Shown in pieces: positions 18,692-29,799 of a stretch of DNA of 64,000 nt (position 1 is its first letter; the number at the start of each line of letters is the position of its first letter). The notes under the pieces are model-generated. The model saw only the letters and a program-made list of their open reading frames with translations, made no database searches and was not told the origin of the DNA. The position numbers and the translations under genes were made by a program. The stretch is from positions 186,001 to 250,000 of the IMG/VR virus record IMGVR_UViG_3300047157_000197, one strand, 5' to 3'.

Positions 18692-20074
18692 ATGACAAAA
18701 AAGAAAACAATTCTACTATTATCTGATGATTTAAGAATGTCATCAGGTATTGCAACAGTTTCTAAAGAAATAGTATTAGGAACATTAGATAAGTTTCATT
18801 GGGTTCAATTAGGAGCCGCAGTAAACCACCCTGAAAAAGGTAAAGAAATAGATTTAGGAAACGATGTTCGTAAAACAACAGGCATCAAAGATGCTTCTCT
18901 TAAAATCATTCCTTGGACTGGGTATGGAGATGCTAATATTCTAAGAGAGTTGATAATGAGACACCAACCTGATGCAATATTACACTTCACAGACCCAAGA
19001 TATTGGAGATGGTTGTATGATATGGAGGCAGAAGTTAGACAAAATATTCCAATCTTATTTTATCATATATGGGATGATTTACCAGACCCTGATTACAACA
19101 GAAATTACTACGAAAGTTGTGATTGGTTAGGTTGTATCTCAAGACAAACTTATGGTATCGTAAGTAGAGTTGGTAATATAGAATCAGAAACAATAAAAAC
19201 TCTTGAAGATTGGCAAGTTGATTATGTACCACATGGAATCAATTCTAATACATACAAACCAACAGAAGTTCCAAGTGATTTTAGAAAACAAGTTACAGGT
19301 GGTAAAGATTATAAGTTTGTTCTATTTTGGATGAATAGAAATATCAAACGAAAACAACCATCAGATGTTATTTGGGCATTCAAGAAATTTGTTGATGGAT
19401 TACCAGAAGAAGATAAAAATGAAGTTTGTTTAATAATGCATACTGCACCTAAAGATAAAAATGGAACAGATTTGTTTGCAGTAGCTGATAAAATAGCACC
19501 TGGTTTAGATATTAAATTTTCAACAGAAAGAATAAATCAAAAAGAACTTAATTACATTTATAATATTGCAGATTGTACAATAAATATTGCAGGTAACGAA
19601 GGATTTGGATTAGTAACTGCTGAATCAGTAATGGCAGGAACCCCAAGTATCGTAAACGTTACAGGTGGATTACAAGACCAATGTGGATTCAAGGTAGATG
19701 GTAAATATCTAACTGCAGAAGATTATAAGGAAATTGGTTCACTTCACAATTATAGAGATTGGGAAGATAAAGTAACTCATGGTGAGTGGGTAAAACCAGT
19801 TTGGCCAAGAGTTCAAACTATGGTTGGTTCTATTCCAACTCCATATATCATAGATGATAAAGTAGATGTGTATGATGTTGCAGATGCAATTAAATATTGG
19901 TATGATAAAACACCTAAAGAAAGAACTAAAGCTGGATTAAAAGGTAGAAAAGAATTTTTAGGTGAAATGGGATTAAATGCTAAAAACCAAAATAAACAAA
20001 TGGCAGATGGTATTTTAAAAACAATCAAAAATTTCAAACCAAAGAAAAAGTTTAACGTTTATAAACTTAGGTAA
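18692..20074 (+). CDS. GT-B (GT4-like) glycosyltransferase
   Basis: SGIATV, VPHGI, NRNIKRK, NEGFGLVTAES. Confidence 0.88.
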   Translation: MTKKKTILLLSDDLRMSSGIATVSKEIVLGTLDKFHWVQLGAAVNHPEKGKEIDLGNDVRKTTGIKDASLKIIPWTGYGDANILRELIMRHQPDAILHFTDPRYWRWLYDMEAEVRQNIPILFYHIWDDLPDPDYNRNYYESCDWLGCISRQTYGIVSRVGNIESETIKTLEDWQVDYVPHGINSNTYKPTEVPSDFRKQVTGGKDYKFVLFWMNRNIKRKQPSDVIWAFKKFVDGLPEEDKNEVCLIMHTAPKDKNGTDLFAVADKIAPGLDIKFSTERINQKELNYIYNIADCTINIAGNEGFGLVTAESVMAGTPSIVNVTGGLQDQCGFKVDGKYLTAEDYKEIGSLHNYRDWEDKVTHGEWVKPVWPRVQTMVGSIPTPYIIDDKVDVYDVADAIKYWYDKTPKERTKAGLKGRKEFLGEMGLNAKNQNKQMADGILKTIKNFKPKKKFNVYKLR

Positions 20075-20352
20075 TGAGTAAACCAATCTTTATAGTTAGA
20101 TTACCAGGTTATTGGAATCCTAAACAATTTGATATATCAAGAAAAGCAATTTACGATAGAAAAGAACTATCAACGGATTATCATGTATTGGTATTATCTG
20201 ATAACGAAATTGAAACTATAAGATTTGAATGCTATAACTCACCCCATGAATCAGAAAAGTTAGAAGAAATAACAAAACTAACTCAAATATCAATCGAAAG
20301 ATGTTTGAGAAACGAAGAAGAAAACCGATTAAGAGAATTAGACAATGAATAA
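20074..20352 (+). CDS. hypothetical protein
   Basis: translationally coupled ORF. Confidence 0.55.
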   Translation: MSKPIFIVRLPGYWNPKQFDISRKAIYDRKELSTDYHVLVLSDNEIETIRFECYNSPHESEKLEEITKLTQISIERCLRNEEENRLRELDNE

Positions 20353-21616
20353 ACCAATATTAGTATTTCAGGCACCAATAGCAACTAGAAGTGGTTATGG
20401 TGACCATTCAAGAGATATCTTGAAATCATTATTTGAATTAGATAAGTACGATGTTAAAGTTGTACCAACACGATGGGGAAATACCCCACAAGACCAAATC
20501 AATCCACAAACTGAGTTTGGACAAAAGATATTACAAAATATCGTAACTCAATTAAATACACAACCAGATATTTTTATACAAGTATCAGTTGCTAATGAAT
20601 TTAAAAAAGTTGGTAAATATAATATTGGAATTACTGCAGGAGTAGAAACAACATTAGCTCCTCAAGAATTTTTACAAGGTTCAAATCAAATGGATTTGAT
20701 AATTACTCCATCTGAATTTACAAAAGAGGTATTGATTAGAACTTCTTATACACAAATGGATAAAAATACTAACCAAAAAGTAGGAGAATTAAAAGTACAA
20801 AAGCCAGTTGAAGTTTTATTCGAAGGAGTAAATATCGAAATTTTTAATAGTGATACTAAAGGTACGGATATTCTTGAATCTGTTGATACAGATTTTAATT
20901 TCTTATATGTTGGTCATTGGTTACAAGGAGATTTAGGTCATGATAGAAAAGATACAGGTATGATGATTAAAACATTTTGTACAGTTTTTAAATCATTACC
21001 AAAAAATCAACAACCTGGTCTTATACTAAAAACCTCATCAGCAGGATTTTCCGTAATGGATAGAGAAGAAATTTCTAAAAAGATTAAAGATATAACAAAA
21101 GAGTTTGGTGATAAATGCCCTCCTATTCATTTAGTATTTGGAGATTTATCCGAATCAGAACTAAACTCACTATACCATAGTAAAAAAGTAAATGCAATGA
21201 TAATGTTTACCAAGGGAGAAGGATATGGTAGACCACTTGCAGAATTTGCTACAACAGGTAAACCAATAGTAGTTTCTAATTGGAGTGGATTTAAGGATTT
21301 CTTACCTAAAGAACATACAGTTTACTTAGAGGGTGAACTAAAAGAGGTTCATCAATCAGCACAAAATAAATTTTTACTAAAAGATTCGAAATGGTTTTAT
21401 GTAGATTATTCAAAAGCTGCAAGTAAGATTTTTGATGTATATAAAAATTATAAAAAATATCTAAAACAATCAGAAGGATTGAAAACAAATATTAATAAGA
21501 ATTTCACATTAAATAAAATGACAAGTAAATTAGGTGAAATACTTGATAAATATGTTAAGATTCAACCACAACCAAAGCATGTTGAATTAAAATTACCAAC
21601 TATTAAAAAACTATAA
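20345..21616 (+). CDS. GT-B (GT4-like) glycosyltransferase
   Basis: SGYG, DRK, GEGYGRPLAEF. Confidence 0.88.
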   Translation: MNKPILVFQAPIATRSGYGDHSRDILKSLFELDKYDVKVVPTRWGNTPQDQINPQTEFGQKILQNIVTQLNTQPDIFIQVSVANEFKKVGKYNIGITAGVETTLAPQEFLQGSNQMDLIITPSEFTKEVLIRTSYTQMDKNTNQKVGELKVQKPVEVLFEGVNIEIFNSDTKGTDILESVDTDFNFLYVGHWLQGDLGHDRKDTGMMIKTFCTVFKSLPKNQQPGLILKTSSAGFSVMDREEISKKIKDITKEFGDKCPPIHLVFGDLSESELNSLYHSKKVNAMIMFTKGEGYGRPLAEFATTGKPIVVSNWSGFKDFLPKEHTVYLEGELKEVHQSAQNKFLLKDSKWFYVDYSKAASKIFDVYKNYKKYLKQSEGLKTNINKNFTLNKMTSKLGEILDKYVKIQPQPKHVELKLPTIKKL

Positions 21617-22149
21617 TGGCAAATTTTACAAGACAATATACTAAATTTTTAAAACCTGAGAGAAGAATACCTCGTAGTGAGATTAGACCAAGGAATATCT
21701 ATCGTATAACTACATATAAAGGTGGTAATCCTCCAACTAAATCAGCTGAGGAATCACGATATGTTTTTGTAATAGGAATTCTTGATAAAAAAATACATTG
21801 TATAAAAATAAATCCAATCAATCCACTACACTTTACACAATTGATTGGTAAATTAAGAGATAAAAGATTACCACTAAGTTCAGATTTACGATTAGAATTA
21901 ATGTTAAAGAAATTTGATAGAACTGGTAATTCACTTTTTGATGGATATATTAAAAATAATAAGAATGTGTATCGTAAAGACTTTAATAATTACAGAACTT
22001 ATTTTTTAGATAAAATACAGAATGTATATGAAATTAGATTTGAACAAGATATATTAGAAAATCTTTTTGGAGAAAAAACAACTACATCTGAAAAAAGAGA
22101 AATATTAAAAGAAGAACAATCAGAAATAGATTCACCGAATGACAATTAG
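21616..22149 (+). CDS. hypothetical protein, weakly reminiscent of T4 gp2 DNA end protector
   Basis: basic protein with VFVIG...CIKIN...YRTY pattern; similarity by eye only. Confidence 0.3.
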   Translation: MANFTRQYTKFLKPERRIPRSEIRPRNIYRITTYKGGNPPTKSAEESRYVFVIGILDKKIHCIKINPINPLHFTQLIGKLRDKRLPLSSDLRLELMLKKFDRTGNSLFDGYIKNNKNVYRKDFNNYRTYFLDKIQNVYEIRFEQDILENLFGEKTTTSEKREILKEEQSEIDSPNDN

Positions 22150-22762
22150 TTACGCAATTACAGTTTGTAATGAATTAGAAGAAATAACAAAGTTATTAAA
22201 CTTTTTACAAACTAATATTAGAAAGGAAGATGAGATAGTAATTCAATATGATGAATCATCTGTTACAGATGGAGTTATGGATTACTTAAAGTTAATGAAT
22301 TCAATGCATGAAAATCATAAAGTAATTGGATTCCCACTTAATAAAGATTTTGCAACATTTAAAAATAATCTTAAATCTCATTGTAGTAAAGATTATATCT
22401 TTCAAATAGATGCCGATGAAATTCCACATGAATTTTTAGTAGAATATGTAGGACAAGTACTTGATGAAAACCCAGTCGATATTGTATTCGTACCAAGAGT
22501 AAATACGGTAAAAGGGTTAACACAACCACATATTGATAAATGGAAATGGAATGTAAATGAAAAGGGTTGGGTAAATTTTCCTGATTATCAAACAAGAATT
22601 TACAAAAACACACCAGATGTAACTTGGATGAACAAAGTACATGAAACAATTACAGGATATAATACATTTTCTAATTTTCCTGCAGAGGAACAATGGAGTT
22701 TGTATCATCACAAACAAATAAATAAACAAGAAAAACAAAACGAATTTTATGAAACAATTTAA
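22139..22762 (+). CDS. GT2-family glycosyltransferase
   Basis: ISYAITVCNE, YIFQIDADE (DxD), FPDYQTR. Confidence 0.85.
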   Translation: MTISYAITVCNELEEITKLLNFLQTNIRKEDEIVIQYDESSVTDGVMDYLKLMNSMHENHKVIGFPLNKDFATFKNNLKSHCSKDYIFQIDADEIPHEFLVEYVGQVLDENPVDIVFVPRVNTVKGLTQPHIDKWKWNVNEKGWVNFPDYQTRIYKNTPDVTWMNKVHETITGYNTFSNFPAEEQWSLYHHKQINKQEKQNEFYETI

Positions 22763-23048
22763 ACCATTAGGGGATAGAGTTTTAATTAAACCTATCAAAC
22801 AAGAAGAAACTAAAACAAAAAGTGGTATCATTATTTCCGAATCAATGACACAATCACAAAAAGTGAATGGTGAAGTTATAGAAATTGGTACAGGTATATT
22901 TTCTCAAAGTGGAGAGCGAATCCCTATGACAGTAAAAAAAGGTGATATTGTATTGTATGAAAAAGGACAAGGTACAAATGAAATTAAAATAGATGATGAA
23001 AAATATCTTCTATTTAATGAACATCAACTAATAGGAATAGTAAAATGA
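22749..23048 (+). CDS. groES: co-chaperonin GroES
   Basis: KPLGDRVLIK, TKSGII, VKKGDIVL. Confidence 0.92.
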   Translation: MKQFKPLGDRVLIKPIKQEETKTKSGIIISESMTQSQKVNGEVIEIGTGIFSQSGERIPMTVKKGDIVLYEKGQGTNEIKIDDEKYLLFNEHQLIGIVK

Positions 23049-23899
23049 AAAAGATATTAGTAACTGGAGGAGCTGGTTTTATAGGAACCAACCTTATAAA
23101 AAGATTATTATCAGAGGGACATCGTGTTGTCTCTTTAGATAATTATGAAACAGGTACAAAAGATAATCATGTTGAAGGGTTTGTTAAATATATAAATGCA
23201 GATATTGAAACTATTGAATACATTTCAGGAGATTTTGATTTAGTGTATCATTTAGCTGCATTAAGTAGAATACAACCTTCATTTGAAAATCCAACAGAAA
23301 CATTCAGAGTTAATGCAAAGGGAACTGAGGCAGTATGTGAATGGGCAAGAGCAAAAGGAATTAAAGTAGTATATGCGGGTTCATCTTCAAAATGGCATGA
23401 CCCATCTATCTCACCTTATGCTATGTACAAATATTTAGGTGAAGAAGTTTGTAAATTATATAGAAAAACTTATAAGTTAGATGTAGAGATATGTAGATTT
23501 TATAATGTATATGGACCAAATGAAGTAATAGAAGGAGATTGGGCTGCAGTAATTGGTATATGGAGAAGACAAGTAAGAGATAGTGAAAAGATTACAATTG
23601 TAGGTGATGGTGAACAGAGAAGAGATTTTACTCATGTTACGGATATTGTTGATGGATTATATAAGGTAGGTTTTGGAAATGAAAAACATGAAGATGCATG
23701 GGAACTTGGTTGTGGTGTAAACTATTCAATCAATGAAATGTTCGAGATGTTCCAAACAAAATTTACAGAAATAGAATCAACTTATTTACCAGACCAATTG
23801 GGTAATTATCGAAAAACTCTTAGAGAAAATAATGATACATTGTCAAGATTAAATTGGAAACCAGAAGATAGATTAAATGATTATATTCAATCTTTATGA
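23045..23899 (+). CDS. NAD-dependent nucleotide-sugar epimerase/dehydratase
   Basis: GGAGFIG, YAMYK (YxxxK), RFYNVYGP, RDFTHV. Confidence 0.92.
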   Translation: MKKILVTGGAGFIGTNLIKRLLSEGHRVVSLDNYETGTKDNHVEGFVKYINADIETIEYISGDFDLVYHLAALSRIQPSFENPTETFRVNAKGTEAVCEWARAKGIKVVYAGSSSKWHDPSISPYAMYKYLGEEVCKLYRKTYKLDVEICRFYNVYGPNEVIEGDWAAVIGIWRRQVRDSEKITIVGDGEQRRDFTHVTDIVDGLYKVGFGNEKHEDAWELGCGVNYSINEMFEMFQTKFTEIESTYLPDQLGNYRKTLRENNDTLSRLNWKPEDRLNDYIQSL

Positions 23900-24729
23900 T
23901 AGGAATAATAGGACAGGGTTTTGTTGGTAATGCAGTTTATCAAAAGTTTAAAAAGTATTATGATGTTGTAACAAATGATTTAGATGAAACTAAATCTACT
24001 GCAACCTTAAGTAATTTGGTAATGATTTGTGATACTATATTTTTATGTTTACCAACTCCTATGAAAAAGAGTGGTGAGTGTGATTTATCTATATGTGAAA
24101 ATGTATTGAGTGAAATAGATTTACTTGTAGATAATTTAGAACAATTAAGAACGATAGTAATCAAATCAACGATTCCACCAGGTACAACTGATAATTGGAA
24201 TCAAAAATACGATTCACTTAATATTGTATTTAATCCAGAGTTCTTAACTGAGAGAAATGCAGTAGAAGATTTTGAAAATCAAGATAGAATTATTTTAGGT
24301 GGTCCAAGACCAACAACAACTGAATTAAAACAATTATTTTCAAAAGTATTCCCATCGGCACATATAATCAAAACAGATTCAACTCATGCAGAGATGGTAA
24401 AGTATTTAACTAACGCATTTTTATCTACCAAAGTATCGTTTGCTAATGAAATTTATCAGATATGTAAAGTAGTAGGTGCTGATTACGATAAAGTAATTGA
24501 ATATGCAACTCAAGATGAAAGATTGGGAACATCTCATTGGAATGTACCAGGTCATGATGGAGATTTTGGATTTGGTGGACATTGTTTTCCAAAAGATTTA
24601 TCTGCACTTTTACATTTATCTGAAAAGTTTGGAACAACTAATAATGTATTATGTGCAACACAAGAAACTAACAACAATGTTAGAAAAAATAGAGATTGGG
24701 AACAAATGAAAGGAAGAGCAGTATCATGA
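23896..24729 (+). CDS. UDP-glucose/GDP-mannose dehydrogenase family protein (short, lacks C-terminal domain)
   Basis: GQGFVG, IKSTIPPG, FNPEFL, AEMVKY..N, FGGHCFPKD. Confidence 0.88.
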   Translation: MIGIIGQGFVGNAVYQKFKKYYDVVTNDLDETKSTATLSNLVMICDTIFLCLPTPMKKSGECDLSICENVLSEIDLLVDNLEQLRTIVIKSTIPPGTTDNWNQKYDSLNIVFNPEFLTERNAVEDFENQDRIILGGPRPTTTELKQLFSKVFPSAHIIKTDSTHAEMVKYLTNAFLSTKVSFANEIYQICKVVGADYDKVIEYATQDERLGTSHWNVPGHDGDFGFGGHCFPKDLSALLHLSEKFGTTNNVLCATQETNNNVRKNRDWEQMKGRAVS

Positions 24730-25616
24730 AAGTAACATTTATATATGCATACGAAAACGAAGAATGGTCAACACCACTTGCACTTGCAACTGAATTTGGT
24801 TCATTGGGTTGGGAAGTAGAAATAGTTTCCATTGGTTCTAATAGATTAAGAAATTGGAATGATACTCAAATAAAGAAATGGTTATCAGAACAACCTGATA
24901 CTGATATAGTTTTATTTATGGATTGGGGAAGATTTGATTCACCTCTATTAGATAAGGTGCATCTACCAAATACATTTTGGGTACAAGAAAGTGGAGATGA
25001 CCCACAAAACTTTGATAGAAACTTTCCTAAATCAGAAAGATTTCATATAACTCTTTCACCTGATTTTGAATCAACAACAGAATATAGAAAAAGAAATCAA
25101 GATGCAGATTGGTGGACACATTTTGCAGATACACGAGTTCAATTTCCTATGGATATACCAGCTGAATATGTTGCAGTAACCACACGAGGAATGGGTAGTT
25201 CGGAATTTTTAGATACATTAACGAATCATAGTGATGGTCAAGTTGGAAATCAAAATGGATTTGATTCCAAACAACATACTGAGTTTCTTAACAAAGGATT
25301 GATGGTTATTCAGAATTCAAGATGGGGTGAAGTAACTCGTAGAATTTTTGAATCAATGGCTTGTGGTAAAATGGTTCTATGTGATAGATTACATGAAAAC
25401 AAAAAACTACACGAATTATTTATTGAGGGAGAAGATATAGTTTATTATGATGATATAGTAGATTGTATTAACAAAATGAATAAGTACCATGAAGATGGAG
25501 TTGAAAGAGAACGTATTGCAAAAAATGGATATAATAAGGTTTTAGAAAATCACACTCAAAAACAAAGAGTAGAATTTTTAATAGAAAAATATAACGAATG
25601 GAAAAACTCCCATTAA
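24726..25616 (+). CDS. glycosyltransferase (CgeB/Glyco_trans_1_2-like)
   Basis: TRRIFESMACG, RIAKNGY.KV..HT; start at ATG 24726 overlapping the upstream stop. Confidence 0.75.
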   Translation: MKVTFIYAYENEEWSTPLALATEFGSLGWEVEIVSIGSNRLRNWNDTQIKKWLSEQPDTDIVLFMDWGRFDSPLLDKVHLPNTFWVQESGDDPQNFDRNFPKSERFHITLSPDFESTTEYRKRNQDADWWTHFADTRVQFPMDIPAEYVAVTTRGMGSSEFLDTLTNHSDGQVGNQNGFDSKQHTEFLNKGLMVIQNSRWGEVTRRIFESMACGKMVLCDRLHENKKLHELFIEGEDIVYYDDIVDCINKMNKYHEDGVERERIAKNGYNKVLENHTQKQRVEFLIEKYNEWKNSH

Positions 25617-26338
25617 GTATTGGTATATTATCTTGGAAAAGTGGACAAACTTTAGTTAACACTTTACAAACTTACTTTGATAGAAAATTTCTTCATCAAG
25701 TAAATGATGTATGTATTTTATTTCAAGAAGTTTCAGAACAAGATAAACAAATAGCAGAACATTTTAATATTCCTTACATTGGATTAAATGATAATATAGG
25801 AATAGGACAGGGATTTATACAATTAACTGAACAAGCTAAAACTGATAATGTAATGGTTTTAGAACACGATTGGAAATTAATTGAAGATGCTCAAATAACA
25901 ATAGATAGAATAAAGAGTGGAATTGAGTTATTGGATAATGGATATTCTTGTATCAGATATAGACACAGAGCTAATCCTGGTCATCCACATTTTTCATTTC
26001 AATATCAAGGTAGAGAGTTAGATTATTACGATAGAGAAATAGAATGTACATCACCACATCTTTTAGATTCAGTTCATTGGTGTGATTCATTTGAAAAGTT
26101 TCCCCAACATATTGGAAAAGAAGGTGAGTACTTTACTACAACATCTCGTTATGGTAATTGGACAAACAATCCTTGTTTATATAAAAAAGATTTTTATTTA
26201 GAAACAGTAAAACAATTCGCAGGTGAGGGGATTGCATTAGAAGGTAACATCTCAAAGTGGTGGGCTAAACAAACTTACAAAGTTGCACATGGTGAGGGAT
26301 TATTCAAACATATAGATGAGGGTAAACATGGCAGATAA
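25598..26338 (+). CDS. GT-A-fold glycosyltransferase-like protein
   Basis: NIGIGQG, VMVLEHDW, WTNNP. Confidence 0.6.
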   Translation: MEKLPLSIGILSWKSGQTLVNTLQTYFDRKFLHQVNDVCILFQEVSEQDKQIAEHFNIPYIGLNDNIGIGQGFIQLTEQAKTDNVMVLEHDWKLIEDAQITIDRIKSGIELLDNGYSCIRYRHRANPGHPHFSFQYQGRELDYYDREIECTSPHLLDSVHWCDSFEKFPQHIGKEGEYFTTTSRYGNWTNNPCLYKKDFYLETVKQFAGEGIALEGNISKWWAKQTYKVAHGEGLFKHIDEGKHGR

Positions 26339-27698
26339 AATTAAATTAGTTATATTCGATTTAGATGGGGTTCTTGTAGAAGCAAAGAACATTCATTATG
26401 ATGCACTTAATGATGCATTGGGTAAGGAATATGCAATTAGTTGGAACGAACACTTATCTACTTACGATGGATTAAAAACCAATCAGAAGTTAGATATGTT
26501 AACCGAAAGAAAAGGATTACCTACATCATCTCATACAGATATTTGGATTCATAAACAAAAACTAACTTTAGAAAAACTAAAACAATTAGAACCAAGTGAT
26601 GTTCTTATTGAATTAATGGATAGTTTAGTTGAACGAGGATATAAAATAGCAGTATGTTCAAACTCAATTAGAAAAACAGTTCTAACTGTACTTTCAAAGT
26701 TGGGTATTATGGAATTTATGGATTACATTATTTCAAACGAAGATGTTGAAAATAGTAAACCACATCCTGAAATGTATTGGAATGCAATATCAAAGATGAA
26801 ATGTTTACCAGAGGAAACTTTGATAGTAGAAGATTCACCTTATGGATTACTTGCAGCAGCTCGTTCTAAATCACACATACTTAGAGTTAAGAATACAAAA
26901 CAAACTAATTTAAAAAACATAAATAACAAATTAAAACAAATAGAAATGGGAGAACAACAATCAACACCAGCATGGAGAGATGAAACTTTAAATGTTTTAA
27001 TTCCAATGGCAGGAGCAGGAAGTAGATTCCAACAAGCAGGATATACTTTTCCAAAACCACTTATTGAAGTAAAAGGAAAACCTATGATTCAAGTAGTGGT
27101 AGAAAATCTAAATATCAAAGCAAACTTTATCTATGTAGTACAGAAAGAACATAGAGAAAAATATAACTTAGATACTTTGTTAAATTTAATCACACCAAAT
27201 TGTAAAATTGTTGAAGTAGATGGTATTACAGAGGGTGCAGCTTGTACTGCATTACTTGCTAAAGAATATATAGATTCGGAAAATCCTTTATTCTTCGCTA
27301 ACTCAGACCAGTTCGTAGAATGGGATTCAAATGAGTTCTTATATAAAATGAACGAAACAAATGCAGATGGTGGGATTGTATCATTTAGAGCAACACACCC
27401 AAAGTGGAGTTTTGCTAAGATAGATGAACAAGGATTAGTAACTGAAGTTGCTGAAAAGAATCCTATATCAGATATTGCAACAGTTGGATATTACTATTGG
27501 AAGAATGGTTCTGATTTTGTAAAGTATGCAGAAGAAATGATTGAAAAGATGTTCAGAGTAAATGGAGAATTCTATGTTTGTCCTGTTTTCAATCAAGCAA
27601 TTGAAGATGGAAAAGAGATTCGTACATTTGATATTCCTAAGATGTGGGGATTGGGAACACCAGAAGATTTGAAAGAATATTTGGAAAATTATAAATAA
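26328..27698 (+). CDS. HAD phosphatase fused to sugar-phosphate nucleotidyltransferase
   Basis: N-half FDLDGVL, KPHP, VEDS; C-half IPMAGAGSRF, PKPLI, NSDQ, LGTPEDL. Confidence 0.88.
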   Translation: MADKIKLVIFDLDGVLVEAKNIHYDALNDALGKEYAISWNEHLSTYDGLKTNQKLDMLTERKGLPTSSHTDIWIHKQKLTLEKLKQLEPSDVLIELMDSLVERGYKIAVCSNSIRKTVLTVLSKLGIMEFMDYIISNEDVENSKPHPEMYWNAISKMKCLPEETLIVEDSPYGLLAAARSKSHILRVKNTKQTNLKNINNKLKQIEMGEQQSTPAWRDETLNVLIPMAGAGSRFQQAGYTFPKPLIEVKGKPMIQVVVENLNIKANFIYVVQKEHREKYNLDTLLNLITPNCKIVEVDGITEGAACTALLAKEYIDSENPLFFANSDQFVEWDSNEFLYKMNETNADGGIVSFRATHPKWSFAKIDEQGLVTEVAEKNPISDIATVGYYYWKNGSDFVKYAEEMIEKMFRVNGEFYVCPVFNQAIEDGKEIRTFDIPKMWGLGTPEDLKEYLENYK

Positions 27699-27711
27699 TT
27701 TCGTATATTTG
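27680..27711 (+). promoter_or_regulatory. Bacteroidota-type promoter
   Basis: TTTG-N20-TATATTTG. Confidence 0.7.
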
Positions 27712-27720
27712 TAAGTAGAT

Positions 27721-28173
27721 ATGATATTAATAGCACATAGAGGAAATATAAATGGTAAGGTTGAGAAGTTTGAAAACACTCCAAGTTACATAGATTCTGC
27801 TATTGAACAAGGTTACGATGTTGAAGTAGATTTACGATATCATCAACATGAATTTTGGTTAGGACATGATTATGCAAAATATGAAATTAATTTAAAATGG
27901 TTAACTGATAGAAAAGATTCTTTATGGATACATTGTAAAGATTTAATAACAATTGATATGTTAAGAGAATTACAGATTCATAACAAAGTTGATTTACATT
28001 ATTTTTTCCATAATGATGATGATTGTACGATAACTTCAAAAGGAGATTTGTGGGTTTATCCAGGAAAACAACCAGTAAAAAATAGTATAGCAGTAATTCC
28101 AGAATGGCATCGAGATGATGTTAGTTTATGTAAAGGAATCTGTTCAGATAATATAATAAATTTTAAAGAATGA
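27721..28173 (+). CDS. glycerophosphodiester phosphodiesterase-like (PLC-like) protein
   Basis: IAHRGN, ENT, VEVD, LGHD, WIHCK, GICSD. Confidence 0.75.
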   Translation: MILIAHRGNINGKVEKFENTPSYIDSAIEQGYDVEVDLRYHQHEFWLGHDYAKYEINLKWLTDRKDSLWIHCKDLITIDMLRELQIHNKVDLHYFFHNDDDCTITSKGDLWVYPGKQPVKNSIAVIPEWHRDDVSLCKGICSDNIINFKE

Positions 28174-28604
28174 GTAAAATAGGATTTACAGCAGGTAACT
28201 TTGATTTACTACATCCTGGTTACATTTATACTTTTGAAGAAGCAAAGAAACATTGTGATAAGTTTTTTGTATTTCTACACGCAGACCCATCTGAATATAG
28301 AAATAATAAATACAAACCAGTAGTTCCTTTATATGAAAGGTATAAAACTCTAATGGCTATTAAATACATTGATGCAGTTTATACTTACAAAACAGAGGAA
28401 GAATTATTAGATTTAATTATACATTGGAAACCTGATATAAGAATATTAGGTGAAGATTATATTGGGAAATCATTTACAGGAGATGAATTACCTATTGAAG
28501 TTATTTACACTACTCGTTCACACGAATGGTCAACAACTAAAATTAAAAATCTAATTACAAAACAAACAATTAAACAAAATCCTGATATACTAAAAGATGA
28601 ATAA
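28170..28604 (+). CDS. cytidylyltransferase (TagD/RfaE-like)
   Basis: GNFDLLHPGY (HxGH-like), GEDY, STTKIK. Confidence 0.85.
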   Translation: MSKIGFTAGNFDLLHPGYIYTFEEAKKHCDKFFVFLHADPSEYRNNKYKPVVPLYERYKTLMAIKYIDAVYTYKTEEELLDLIIHWKPDIRILGEDYIGKSFTGDELPIEVIYTTRSHEWSTTKIKNLITKQTIKQNPDILKDE

Positions 28605-29799
28605 ACCAGAACAATCAATTCCATTATTTAAAGTTTACATGAACCCATCAGCAAAAGATGCGGCATGTGAAGTATTAGATAGTGGATATATAGGACAAGG
28701 ACCAAAAGTAGATGAATTTGAAAAACAAATTGGAAATTACTTTGGTAATAAAAAAGTAGTAACTACAAATGCAGGAACATCAGCATTACATTTAGCATTA
28801 CATCTTTTGAAGAAACCTAAAGAAGATTGGAATGAAGATGTATTTCAAGGAATTGCATTTGTATCTCACAACTGGCCAGGTATTCAAGATGGTGATGAAG
28901 TTTTAGCAACTGCTCTAACTTGTACTGCTTCAAATTGGCCAATCGTAGCGAATAACCTTAAAATCAAATGGGTAGATATAGACCCAAAAACTCTTAATAT
29001 GGATTTGGAAGATTTAGAAAGAAAATTAACTCCAAAAACAAAAGTTATTATGGGAGTTCATTGGGGTGGGTATCCATTAGATTTGGAAAAAATAAGAGAC
29101 ATCAGAGTTAGATTTAGAAAAGAACATGGGTGGGCTCCTGCTTTGATAGAAGATGGTGCACATTCAATTGGTACAAAATACAAAGGAGAGTATTTAGGTA
29201 ATCATGGAAACTTCGTAATGAACTCATTACAAGCAATTAAACACATCACATCAGTAGATGGTGGTATATTATATTGTCCACATGAAGAATTATACGAAAG
29301 AGCTAAATTACTTAGATGGTATGGTATTGATAGAAGTCCAAAAGGAAGAACTGATTTCAGATGTGAGGCAGATATAGAAGAATGGGGATTCAAGTTCCAC
29401 ATGAATGATTTGTGTGCAGCAATTGGTATGGAAAACTTTAAATCAGTAGATACCATAATTTCTAAACACAAAGATAATGCACAATATTATGATGATAATC
29501 TAAAAGATGTAAATGGAGTTACCTTATTGGAAAGAGAAGAAGGATTTGAATCTGCATTTTGGATTTATACAATGTTGGTAGATGATAGACCATCTTTCTA
29601 TGAGTATATGAAAGAGTGTAACATTACAGTATCTCAAGTACACGAAAGAAATGATAAACATAGTTGTATGGCTGAATTTAAATCAGAACTACCTAACTTG
29701 GATAAAACAATTGGTAAGATAGTATCTATACCTGTTGGTTGGTGGGTTACCAATGAAGAAAGAGAATATATTGTAGATTGTATTAAAAAATGGAAGTAA
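28597..29799 (+). CDS. DegT/DnrJ/EryC1/StrS sugar aminotransferase
   Basis: GTSALHLAL, VHWGG, IEDGAH, SLQAIKH..DGG. Confidence 0.92.
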   Translation: MNKPEQSIPLFKVYMNPSAKDAACEVLDSGYIGQGPKVDEFEKQIGNYFGNKKVVTTNAGTSALHLALHLLKKPKEDWNEDVFQGIAFVSHNWPGIQDGDEVLATALTCTASNWPIVANNLKIKWVDIDPKTLNMDLEDLERKLTPKTKVIMGVHWGGYPLDLEKIRDIRVRFRKEHGWAPALIEDGAHSIGTKYKGEYLGNHGNFVMNSLQAIKHITSVDGGILYCPHEELYERAKLLRWYGIDRSPKGRTDFRCEADIEEWGFKFHMNDLCAAIGMENFKSVDTIISKHKDNAQYYDDNLKDVNGVTLLEREEGFESAFWIYTMLVDDRPSFYEYMKECNITVSQVHERNDKHSCMAEFKSELPNLDKTIGKIVSIPVGWWVTNEEREYIVDCIKKWK

